64,000 nucleotides of DNA from Marsupella aquatica (Eukaryota; Plantae; Marchantiophyta): positions 7,306,470 through 7,370,469 of the forward strand of contig OZ316897.1 in NCBI GenBank assembly GCA_973895155.1. The letters run 5' to 3'. A program made the position numbers and the translations under genes. Positions 1 to 10,414 of this stretch are shown here, in pieces (within the stretch, counting starts at the first letter, position 1; the number at the start of each line of letters is the position of its first letter). The notes under the pieces are model-generated. The model did no database searches, was not told the DNA's origin, and worked only from the letters and a program-made list of their open reading frames with translations.

Positions 1-724
1 GTAGGCAGCTTTTAAATGCAGTAGGCATATGTTTGTTGTCATGTGCAGTAGGCACAGGGTTTCTATGTGTAGTAGGCAACCTGGGGAAAATATCTCCTCT
101 GGAATTTGTGAAATTAATTGGTGGGAGTAACCATCATTAACATTTTCAATAAGTGTTTTTGTAGGTGCCTTAGATCATTTTTTTAATTTTTTTTTTGGCA
201 TGGCATGAAATGTTCTTGTGAATGTTAATGCAAATCAACATTGTCTTAGTTGGCTTTTAATAACTCTGAAATCAATATTGCATGGCAATGTTTCCTTTGT
301 AAAGAAAGGTGCTTTTTGCTAAGCTCGTATTTTGCTAAAAACAAATAAATGGAATTCGGGGTTGGTTTAGTGTTTAGGTTGTTTGAAGTGTATTTCCCTG
401 GTTAAGTGCACATTTTTCTTTGTAAACACAAATCTCTTTGATGGGTTTTTCAATTAAGGAGGGTTTGCACTTAGCGGTATATTCTCGACGTTTTCTCGAC
501 GTTTCAGCGTTTTTGTTGCAAGATTTGACTTTGCTGCGTGCGTTCCCTTCGTGCTCTTACCCTCTTTTCTCCGAGCTTCTATTGGTTCGTGCTCCCAATG
601 GTCAACTCGTAAGCTCATAACACCAATGCCCCTACCCCTGGTCGTGGATTGTTCCATCTTGTCCATGCATACTGCCAATCTCACGAGAACTGTTGTTTAC
701 CGAAACTGGCATTCTGTGTCCTTT

Positions 725-1280
725 TGTGCTATAGATGCCGTAACTTTGGGACTCCCATTGGTCATCGCTATCCTCCTTACTTTCCTCATCCTTGTGTTCG
801 CCTTTGATAACGAGGTCACCATTTTCTATGAACATTTTGACCTCATTCTTTGTGAGGCCTGGGAGGTCAATTTGCATGCGGTAGGAGTCATCCATTTCTT
901 TAAAATCCCACGGTGGTCTAGAAGAGTTCAGGAATGGTGACGCCACTTATGCAGGTGCCATAACGGTTCATCGAAAAACTTGATCCATTGTGTCGATCAT
1001 TGATAGGAGACTCCGGTTGGGGAAGAAGAAATCAAAGGCACAAAAAATGCCTAAGGGAGAGAACTTTCCGCGGCGCGACAGAGTGTCCGAGTCCCCTCTT
1101 CTCTTCTCCACTTTGTTTCCTCGTACTCGAGCGACATCTCCTGAGCAACCGAGGCCTTTATCCGCGGCTTACCGTAATGTAGTTGCATGACACAATTCAC
1201 CGCATTCCTTGCATTGCTATCTTTCAACGCAGCAGACCTCCGGACAATTGTAGGAGTTTCCAGTGGCTTCGCACTCAATT
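725..1280 (-). pseudogene. Captured, 3'-truncated organellar (plastid-type) small heat-shock protein fragment (HSP20 / alpha-crystallin)
   Basis: Transit-peptide-like N-terminus, Met-rich region (FSPLG..FPNRSLLSMIDTMDQVF) and ACD start (RPPWDFKEMDDSYRMQIDLPGLTKNEVKMFIENGDLVIKGEH..W..QSYGIYST). Stops/frameshifts are present and the domain is cut after YST. Confidence 0.85.
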
Positions 1281-2170
1281 CAATGTGCTTGCATAGTTTT
1301 CTTGGTCACAGTTTTCGGTAAGAAGAATGAGAAATCAATCCAATTAACTTCATCAACTCCAGGGACTCACAAACAGATTGGTAGTACCGGTGGAGAAAGA
1401 GCAAGAGAACGTAGTGAAACGGACTGGACCAGGACTACTGACGCATGTGTGAACTAATGTGGCACAGGCCAGTTCAGAATGCAAAGTAGGACTACGATGA
1501 AAATTCATTCACGGATAACAATGAAAGAATCACTGTGTGACTTTGGGAACTAAGACCCTAAGCGGGGACAGCATTGCCTTTCCCGCAGTCCTCATTGCAT
1601 GGCAGGAATGAAGAGACACAGCAGGAATTCCGCAGGGACCATGATATCTTCGTAATCCTTGCCACTGTGCAGAATTAACCTAGGAATTTGATAACTTCCG
1701 AGGCAATAGGTCGCTTCAAAACTGAAATATCGACGAGGCATCATCGCAATTCTGCACTTAAAGTTGACAGAGATGCCAAGATTGAGGGAATCCATTGCTC
1801 AAAAAATTTGTTAAAAATGAGAAGAAGACATCCAATAGCAACCATGAAACTTAGGACGAGCGGGATCCCAACGTGCATAGCCCAAGCCAACAACAAACGA
1901 CGCGGACGCCATTTGCTCACAATACATTCCGCTTTCCCTTCACACAATTGGCCGCATTCAAGCTAACATCAATGCCATCTTCGTCCACGTTCCGCCACAA
2001 TCCAGAGTGCAAAGCGAGCTGCAGCGCTTCAAGCAGCTCTCGCAAAAAAACCAAAAAAAAACTTTGGCACATTCAAATCACGTCTTCAGGGCTCTCCCTC
2101 CTTTCTTTGTCTTAGATTGAATCAGTCATGGCCTAAAAATTCAGCCAGTCTTAGGCTCGTGCTGATAACG

Positions 2171-2313
2171 TGTTGTGGGATAAATGAGACAAAGAGTTGG
2201 TTCCATCTTTACTCTTGGTAGAATATGTACATGTGGCTACGGCCTAAGTAGTTAGGGTAGTTACATAGGTAGTTATCCCAAAGGTAGACTTAACTCAAGT
2301 ATGAGTTACAACA
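2171..2313 (-). repeat. 5' LTR (143 bp) of the non-autonomous element
   Basis: TGTTGT..ACAACA termini; near-identical to 15182-15324 and 18700-18842 in inverted orientation. Confidence 0.93.
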
Positions 2314-2670
2314 AGAATCTTTTTTTCTTCATTTTTTTTTCTTTTTTGCATCGCAACTTGGCGGCCTCTCTGAAATGAGGTGGCAGCTGATATCAGGTAC
2401 GCTAATGAAAGTGCCTGATAACTGATGAGATTACTTATCTCCACATAATTGAATTCTTAGAGACTTACACTAGCCCATAATTCTACATTGGATTGGAATG
2501 AAATGTTAGATAGCCTCATAAGTTCCTTCAATAGTTTTTAATATATTTAATGTAGTCTTTTTGATTCCAACATGAATTTGACTTGTAAGATTGAATGATG
2601 CTCAGCCTTAAATGACCCGCTTTGCCTGTGTTTACTCTCATTATATGTATTTCTCTCCTCTGGTCCTTCA

Positions 2671-2978
2671 TGTGGGGAGAAATCAGATCAGGAAAAACAC
2701 TTCAAACATACACGTGCTCAATAGTTATGTGGTTCGCCTCAAGGTTGGCTACGTCCACGGGAATACAAAGCTTTATTAACGGTTATATGTCTACTCAAGC
2801 ATCACCATAGCTCTCATCTCTTGCTATATCACCGTGTTCTCTCTTGAGAACTCTCTTGTGTGTTCTCACATCACATAGAAGTTGAAGAGATAAGGACCAA
2901 TCTCTTCAACTAGGGTTTACTCTAACCCTAGTTAACATACTAACCATAGTTCAACCCAAGACTGAGTTACCCTCTACA
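2671..2978 (-). repeat. 3' LTR of the host copia element
   Basis: Starts TGTAGAGGG just after PPT CAAGGGGGAG and contains the copia-type GTGGACGTAGCC..GAACCAC motif. The CA end at 2671 is tentative because no partner LTR is available. Confidence 0.6.
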
Positions 2979-3179
2979 AACTCCCCCTTGATTCACGTCT
3001 TGGGAGGGTTCATAACATTGTCTTTTCCTTACAAATTCCTCCACGGGAAGTTCAAGACAGTAGGGCCAAAAGACCCTCCCCCTAATGCAAGGGTTAACTA
3101 GAACTAAGCTGTAGCCAATAAGCAATCGGATGGAGTACTCATATAGAGACATTTTCTTGGTTAACTCTATATTTACAAT

Positions 3180-3589
3180 ATTTGTAAATAATTACAATGC
3201 CTTGAAAAACTATTGGAGTCTAATACTTTGGTAAAAGCATCCACTGGATTAAGCTTTCCATCAATCTTGACAAGCTCAAATTCATCATCCAAAAATGCCT
3301 GTCAGACGGGCTGTCGGATAAAATGATAGCGGACATTAATGTGCTCTACCTTGCCATCCATCACCTGATTCTTGGCGGTGTAAATTGCACTTTGATTGTC
3401 ATAATGAAGATTCACACAATCTTGTGATAAGCCCATCTTCGTGAGAAGCTTTTTCAACCAAATGGTCTCTGATGCTGCTTCTGCTGCCGCTACATACTCG
3501 GCATCCATAGTAGACTTTGAAACACACTTTTGGAGAGTAGATTTCCAATTAATGCATCCACCAGCAAGTGGAAATACATATCTAGTTGT
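3180..3589 (-). pseudogene. Copia RNase H (host element)
   Basis: YVFPLAGGCINWKSTLQKCVSKSTMDAEYVAA..DNQSAI..HINVRYHFIR; continues the RT frame interrupted at 7466. Confidence 0.9.
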
Positions 3590-3699
3590 TGTGAGAATAT
3601 GAATGGAATGAACATGTGTATAGTCGGGAATAGGAGTACATATAGTGGGACCAGGGTGACCGGCTGGTCCGGTCGTCCGGTCAAAGGTAGAGTCTAACA
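3590..3699 (-). repeat. 3' LTR (110 bp)
   Basis: Identical to 7356-7465; TG..CA termini; PPT adjacent. Confidence 0.95.
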
Positions 3700-4010
3700 C
3701 TCCCTTTTGGATATATAGTGACAACTATATAGACAACATAGACTATACCTATTATATCATGTTCATAGGAAATACATGATATAAGTACAATCGAGGTAGA
3801 CTGCCTTGTTAAAAAACCTTTATCAACTCTAGCTTAGTAAAAACTCTACCAGTGTAGCAGAGAAAAATATGAGTGCTAAAGGAAAAAGAGTGCAGCCTAA
3901 CAGTCCTCGTCGTAATAAATGTCAATGTTAAGTAAAGTTAGATGCTATAGTAAATCTAGTTTTAACATTTGTCTCATCAGTAGGTCGTCAACAGCATATC
4001 ATCAGCATCA

Positions 4011-5712
4011 TCAAGTATCATGTGGAGCAGCAACTTCCATAGTCATCATGCGTCGCACGCTCCGTAGTCCAATCGCCTGGCAGTGTCGGTGATGAACTGA
4101 TGGTGGTAGTGATTTGGTGAAGAGATCCGCACAGTTGTCTGCACTTGAAATCTGCAAAATGTTGATCTCTTTTCCATGTAACTCGTGGGTGTAGAAAAAC
4201 TTTGGAGCTATATGCTTCACGCGATCGCCTTTGATGAATCCTTTCGTGATCTACTGTATACATGCTGCGTTATCTTCAAAAATGTTAGTAGGCTTCGTTA
4301 GTGGTGGTAGGCCGCATTTGGTGTTGATGTGGTTTATAAATAATCGTAACCAAACGGCTTCACGACTAGCCTCATGTAGAGCTAAAATTTCTGAGTGATT
4401 CGATGAGGTTGATGTTAGGGTCTGTTTCACGCTTTTCCAAGAAAAAGTGGTACCCCCAATAGTAAAAACATATCCGGTTTGAGATTTTGCGGTGTCCGTG
4501 TCGGAAAGATATCCGGCATCCGCGTATCCTATGAGTTCGTGGTTTGCACCGAATGGGTAAAATAACCCAGTATCGGTGGTGCCACGCAGATATCTAAATA
4601 CGTGCTTAACTCCGTTCCAGTGTCTGGCTGTGGGAGTTGCACTATGTCTGGCTAGTAAGTTAACTGCAAATGCAATGTCTGGCCTAGTCTGATTTGCTAG
4701 GTACATTAATGCTCCTATCGCAGAAAGATATGGAGTTTCTGGTCCTAATATGGGTTCATGTTCTTCGCGCTTGCGAAAAACATCAGTGGTGTTTTCTAAT
4801 GAACGTACAACCATTGGTGACGTCAATGGGTGTGCTAGGTTCATATTGAACTGTTTTAGGATCTTTTCAGTTTGTGTGGTCTGATGGAGCATCTTGCCAG
4901 TGGGTAGGATCTCTAGTTGTAAGCCTAAGCAAAAGTTTGTATGTCCAAGGTCTTTCATCTCAAATGTGGATTTAAGACTGGTAATAGTATCTTCTGTAAG
5001 TTGGGGTGTCCCGAATATATTTAAGTCATCAACATAAATAGAAATGATGACATATTCATCATCCACATGTTTAATAAATAAACATGGTGTAATGGCATCA
5101 TGGGAAAAACCCATGGCAATCATTTCATCAGTAAATCTTTGATACCATACTCTGCCACTTTGTTTCAGGCCATATAATGCCTTCAACACGCGGATAGCTA
5201 GTCCGCGGCGAGTATTCCGTACGGTTGACACAGCGGTGTCGTTATTATGAGTTACATGTGTAGATGACACATGAGGTGTAACTTGAGATAATTGTGTTAT
5301 AATCTTATGTAAATATGGAATATGCGATTTAGCGCCTTGAGCTAAAGCTCGGCGTCGTTGCTCCAACTCAGGAGGTGATCGCATGTATAGACAAGTGTCT
5401 AAAGTGCCATATAGATATGCAGTTGCAACATCTAGTTGTCGCATCTGTAGTTGGTGGAAAATGGCAAATCCGATAAGATATCGGAATGTTGTGCTATCCA
5501 TAACCGATGAGTAGGTTTCATCGTAATGAATTCCCGGTTGTTGTGTAAATCCTTTCCCTACCAGACGTGCTTTATAGCGTACAACTTGGTCTTTATCATT
5601 TCTTTTGCGGACAAATGTCCACTTGTAGCCAATTAGGTGTATGTCTTGCGGTGTTGGCTCGACTGGGCCAAAAGTGTGTCTGCTTAGTAGGGAATCTAAT
5701 TCTCCATTGATA
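4011..5712 (-). pseudogene. Bianca-type reverse transcriptase-RNase H, 5'-truncated, one internal stop
   Basis: RYKARLV, LYGLKQSGR, YVDDLNIFGT, YADAGYLSD and KHIAPKFFYTHEL (the KH.xPKFF and DDLN forms are typical of Bianca). ORFs 4251..5744 and 4011..4220 are in frame across one TAG. Confidence 0.92.
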
Positions 5713-7355
5713 GTTTTTTTTTTTTTTTGAATGTATAACTGCAAGGTTTCTTTTGTATTATCTTTTTCCTTTGTTAAGCTGTGCAGTAATGAGGTTTTTC
5801 AGTTTGTGCAGTTATTAGTGGTTATTTACTCATGACCTGGTTAAGTGCACATTTGGCTTTGTAAAGTTGAGTTCCTTTGTTACGAAATGCACTTATGGAG
5901 GTTTTGTGGTTATTGGTCGTGCACTTAGCGGTTTTCAATCGGACTCGACGTTTTGTCGATGAAATGTAGTGCAATTCTCCCCTCTTGGTGATCCCATTGC
6001 TGGTGTTCCTTTGGTGCCTCTTAAAATCTCGTCTTGCTTCAATTAGAGTTCTGACTTGTTACTCTTGTTTCGCTCCCTTCCAAGGTTCGCGTGTCTGCAC
6101 TGGGTCCTTGATATACCTCTGCATCGATTTTGCTTATCATTCCCGATTCTCTGTTTTCACGCCATCGCCATCGTCATCTGTTCGCACTTTGAATTCTGGT
6201 CCTGAAAAGTCAGGCTTCGCGTCTGTGCTCGGCTGTCTTCCTTCTCCATATTCGTGCATCGACTCTGGTCGCACTTAGCTATAAAACTATCCTGCAAGTC
6301 TCCGGACTCATCCGTCATTCCTAGTGTTACGCTGTGACCTGCAGATGCTATGTCGGCGTCGAGACTGCCATGTTGGGCCGATGGATCGGGACGAGGCAGT
6401 GGTTCTCTTATGATTTCTGATGATGTAACATAATTTCAATTGGACCTTCGTAAGCTTCCTTCGCGCTCATGCTTTCTCCTTTCGTGACTTGCGAGGGTCA
6501 CGGACCATCGGGATCGCTCCTTTCCTTTCGATTTTCCTTGTGTCCTTATCAGGATTCGAGGCTCCAATGTTGATCCTGTTGCTCTTCTTTTGATCTCTTC
6601 CTTTTCTGCTATATTGTCCTTACGAGTTCAAGTCTCAATGTCCCTGTGGCATTTCTTTGAAATTTCGGTGCTCCCTGTTTCTTCCGTTTTCGGCTTCACT
6701 CGTAATTCCTCTTGCTTCGCCTTCTGGTCCTGATCACTTCACCTCTCGATTCAGGCATCATCGATCCATCCCTATCCACTCTCCTTCAATTTTTGGAAGA
6801 TTATATGGCCTCGTCTCCTCTATTTTCGAAAGTACTTATGGTATCCTCATTGTACTTTCTTGCTGCGCCTGTGATTGACGGACCTTATCACCTCCGATCT
6901 CCGTAAGCCTTTGAGAGTTTCCTCCGATCTCTGTAAGCTTTTCAAAGTTTCTTTGCTCCTTTCCGATCTCGAGTTCGCTAAATGATACTGAGGCCGGCTC
7001 TCGCTGATTGGGGCTCAATTCTCAATTTTCAAAATGACTCTGCTCGATCTGCTTCTCTTGATCGATCGCTCCAATCCTTTTTCCAATCTCTTATCGCAGT
7101 CGTGAGGATCTCGTATGCTGCTTCTTTCCGATCTCTCTCGGTTCTCCTCCAATGAGTCCGGATCGATGTCCTTATGAATTCTAGTCTCTCACTACGCTTC
7201 CGATATTGTTTAAGTGTCGAGGCCTTATCATTATTTAATGAGTCCTCGCTCCCTTTTTCATGCAATCTCCATAACCCTTCAAAAGTTTCTTAGCCTCCGT
7301 CTCTTTTCTTCTTCTTTTTCTTGGCTCCGCTGGCTGAGACCTCGTGCTGATAATG

Positions 7356-7465
7356 TGTGAGAATATGAATGGAATGAACATGTGTATAGTCGGGAATAGG
7401 AGTACATATAGTGGGACCAGGGTGACCGGCTGGTCCGGTCGTCCGGTCAAAGGTAGAGTCTAACA
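7356..7465 (-). repeat. 5' LTR (110 bp)
   Basis: Identical to 3590-3699; PBS immediately downstream on the minus strand. Confidence 0.95.
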
Positions 7466-10414
7466 GTTGTCAATCTCTTCTTATCTAGATCACCTACGTA
7501 GTCTGCATCCACATAACCTTGAAGCACTTTCATATTGTTTGAACTTGCATCAAATAATAAACCCTTCTTAGTGGAACCTTTGCTGTAGCGCAAAATTCAT
7601 GTCACTGCTTCCCAATGAACTTTTTTTGGATTTGCCACGTATCTACTTACCTTGCTAATGGAATAAGCTATGTCTGGTTGGGTGCATACCATGAGATACA
7701 TTAAACTACTCACAACATTTTCATAAGGAACTTTGGACATCAAACTTTTTTTTGTTGCATCCGATGGACAAAATGCTGCAAAAATATTAAAATGCCTTGC
7801 CAAAGGAACACTCACAGCCTTAGCATGTGCCATGTTTAGTTTTGAGAGCACCTTCTCTACATATCTTGTTTGCGTCAGCCAAAGTTTGGCTTTGTCTACA
7901 TCCCTAACAATCTCCATGCCTAGGATCCTCTTGGTTGTGCCCAAGTCCATCTTAAACTCAAAACTGAGTTGGGCCTTAAGCTTATCAACTTCGCCCCTAT
8001 CCTTTGTTGCAATGAACATGTCATCCACATAAAGTACAAGGATGACAAACTTAAAACCTGTGTTGTTCACACGCCTGATGTAAAACACATGGATCGTACA
8101 CGCTTTGCACAAATCCAAGCAATTTCAAAAATTCATCAAAACGTGTGTTCCACTACCTTGGGCTCTGCTTTAATCCATACGAGGATTTTAGCAATCTGCA
8201 TACCAAATTTTCCTTTCCCTTTTGCATAAAACCCTCTGGTTGCCTCATGTAAATCACCTCGTCCAACGATCCATATAAGAATGTCGTGACAACATCCATT
8301 TGATCTAAAACCAGATCAAATAAAACTACAAGAGCACATAGCAGACGTATTGTTGAATACTTTGCTACGGGTGAAAAAACCTCATTGTAGTCTATACCTT
8401 TCTATTGAGTAAAACCCTTGGCTACCAACCGAGCCTTAAATATCTTCTCAGCATCCTTTGCGGGTCCATCTTTCTTTCTATACACCCACTTGTTGTCAAC
8501 ATCCTGCTCGTCACTAGGTAGACTTGTGAGTTTCCAAGTCTTGTTATCATGAAGTGATTTTATTTCCATGCGCATCGCCGCCTGCCATTGTTGCTTCTCC
8601 ATAGAAGCTAGGACCTCTCAAAATGAGGATGAATCTCCATCTTCTATCACCAATGCATCAATAGATTCTTCATCCAAATCCACTTGATCAGAAGAAAGCC
8701 AAGTTCCATACCTTTCTCGGGCTTGATGTTTGCGAGTTCCTCTTCGCATTGAAGACTCTGGCTGATCTGATTGTAGTGTGCTTTGCCTTATAGTGGTATC
8801 ATCATATTCTTCATCTAACACATCCTTTCCCCTTAAATCCTCTAGAGGAGGAGATTGCTCTTTGTTAGTAGTAGGGAATTGATCTATCTCCCCCTCCTTC
8901 AATGATTTTTCTTCATTGAAGGATACATCCCAACTAGCAAGTAACTTGCAATCAACTGGATCCCACAATCGATAACCTTTAACTTCACGTTGATAACCAA
9001 GAAAAATGCATTTTTGGGCTCTAGGATCTAGCTTAGTCCTATTGTTGCTAGGAACATGTGCATATGCTTCACAGCCAAAAACCCTAAGTTTTGAATAATC
9101 AGCAGGTTGATTGTGCCATAGCTCAAAGGGGGTTTTATATGTAATTGCCCGACTAGGAGAGAGATTTACTAGATAAGCATAAATGTTGAAAGCTTCCGCC
9201 CAAAAGATTTGTGACAATTTAGAGTGGCTCAACATGCTCCTTGCTTGCTCCAACAATGTGCGGTTGAGTCACTCAGCAACACCATTTTGCTCAAGAGTGT
9301 ACATAGTTGTGAGATAGTGAGTAATTCCCTTATTTGCACAATACGTGTTGAACTCGCCAGAGATGTATTCACCACCATTATCTGATCATAGATATCTCAC
9401 ATTCTTTGCAGTCTATGTCTCAACTTGAGCTACCCATTATTTGAAGATGGAAAGCACTTCAAACTTATGGGCAATGAAGTAAATCCAAACAAACCTTGGA
9501 TAATCATCGATAAATGATACATAGTATTGTTTGCCTGAATGCGAGAAAACCGGAGCATGACCCCACACATCGAAATAAATATACTCAAGTATAACTTTAG
9601 AATGATAAATGGCAGTTGGAAATGGAGTTCTTGTTTTCTTGCCAATAATGCAATGATCACAAACAACTCAACTTGCACACTTGCAATCCTGGTAGGAGAT
9701 GTCACTTGTGTAAGATTTCCAAACTTTTTTCACTCATGTGACCAAGCCGAGCATGCCATAAATTGATTTTCTCCTCTTGAGATGTGACCAAATTGACTTT
9801 GGCAAGAAGGGTGGTGCCTTCCAGGACATAAAAGTTTCTTTTTTTCTTGCCAATAAGAACTTCATTTGATCCCTACGTGACTGTTAACACCCCATCAGTT
9901 GCACTCCATTGATAACCCTTCGCATCCATGTAGCCAAGAGAAATCAAATTTTTACACATTTCTAGAATGTGTCTGACATTTGATAGAGTATAGTACTTGC
10001 CACCGGGTAGTTGAATCTTTACATATCCAAACCCTAAAACTTTGCAAGAATGATTATTTCCCATCAAAACAGATCCGTTGATAGGAGTCTAGGATGATAA
10101 AATTTCACGCATATAACACATGTGATACGAGCAAGCCGAATCCAAGATCCATTGACAATCCTCAACTTGAGAAGCGGTACACAATGCAAATCCTTCACTA
10201 TCCTCTTCTCGAACAACTACTTGGGCTGAAGAACCAGCAACTTCCTTGAATGTGTCTTTGACGCGACAATCCTTCTTCATGTGACCCACTTTGTCATACT
10301 TCCAACACTTTATCTCACAAGTAGACTTGGATGGTGATTTAGATCGAGATCTAGATCTAGATCTAAACCTCCTCCTACCAAAAGATCGGTCCTGGAACCT
10401 TTCTTGCTCCATGG
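7466..10414 (-). pseudogene. Copia gag C-terminus, protease, integrase and RT (host element), multiply disrupted
   Basis: Degenerate zinc knuckle (CWKYDKVGHMKKDC), WILDSACSYHM, LRVFGCEAYAHVP..KLDPRAQKCIFLGY, FKARLVAKGFTQ, LYVDDM. Confidence 0.92.

Larger units (their letters stand above)
1..2313 (-). mobile_element. Non-autonomous short-LTR retroelement (Bianca-type primer site), 5' part; 3' end lies outside the window; carries host gene fragments
   Basis: 143-bp TG..CA LTR at 2171-2313 has 3 mismatches to the LTRs at 15182 and 18700. PBS CGTTATCAGCACGAG follows on the minus strand. The leader 2160-2030 is shared with 15335-15460, and 40-140 is homologous (inverted) to 17661-17760. No gag/pol recognised. 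Confidence 0.88.
3590..7465 (-). mobile_element. Young Bianca-lineage copia chimera: non-coding 5' backbone + poly(A) + RT-RNase H, lacking gag/PR/INT
   Basis: Identical 110-bp LTRs (3590-3699, 7356-7465), 5-bp TSD GTTGT (3585-3589, 7466-7470), PBS CATTATCAGCACGAG, PPT AAAAGGGAG. Confidence 0.93.

Noticed and set aside
5729-7340. Captured host mRNA (retrogene) ending in poly(A)
   Set aside because: No recognisable protein; the sequence is homologous to the backbones of the two other non-autonomous elements.
7328-7342. Complementarity between leaders of the 110-bp and 143-bp LTR families as a heterodimer signal
   Set aside because: Only 7-8 nt matches in shuffled order; could be chance.
10339-10366. 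Palindromic AGATCT repeat as a regulatory hairpin
   Set aside because: It encodes the RSRSRS tract usual before the copia gag zinc knuckle.
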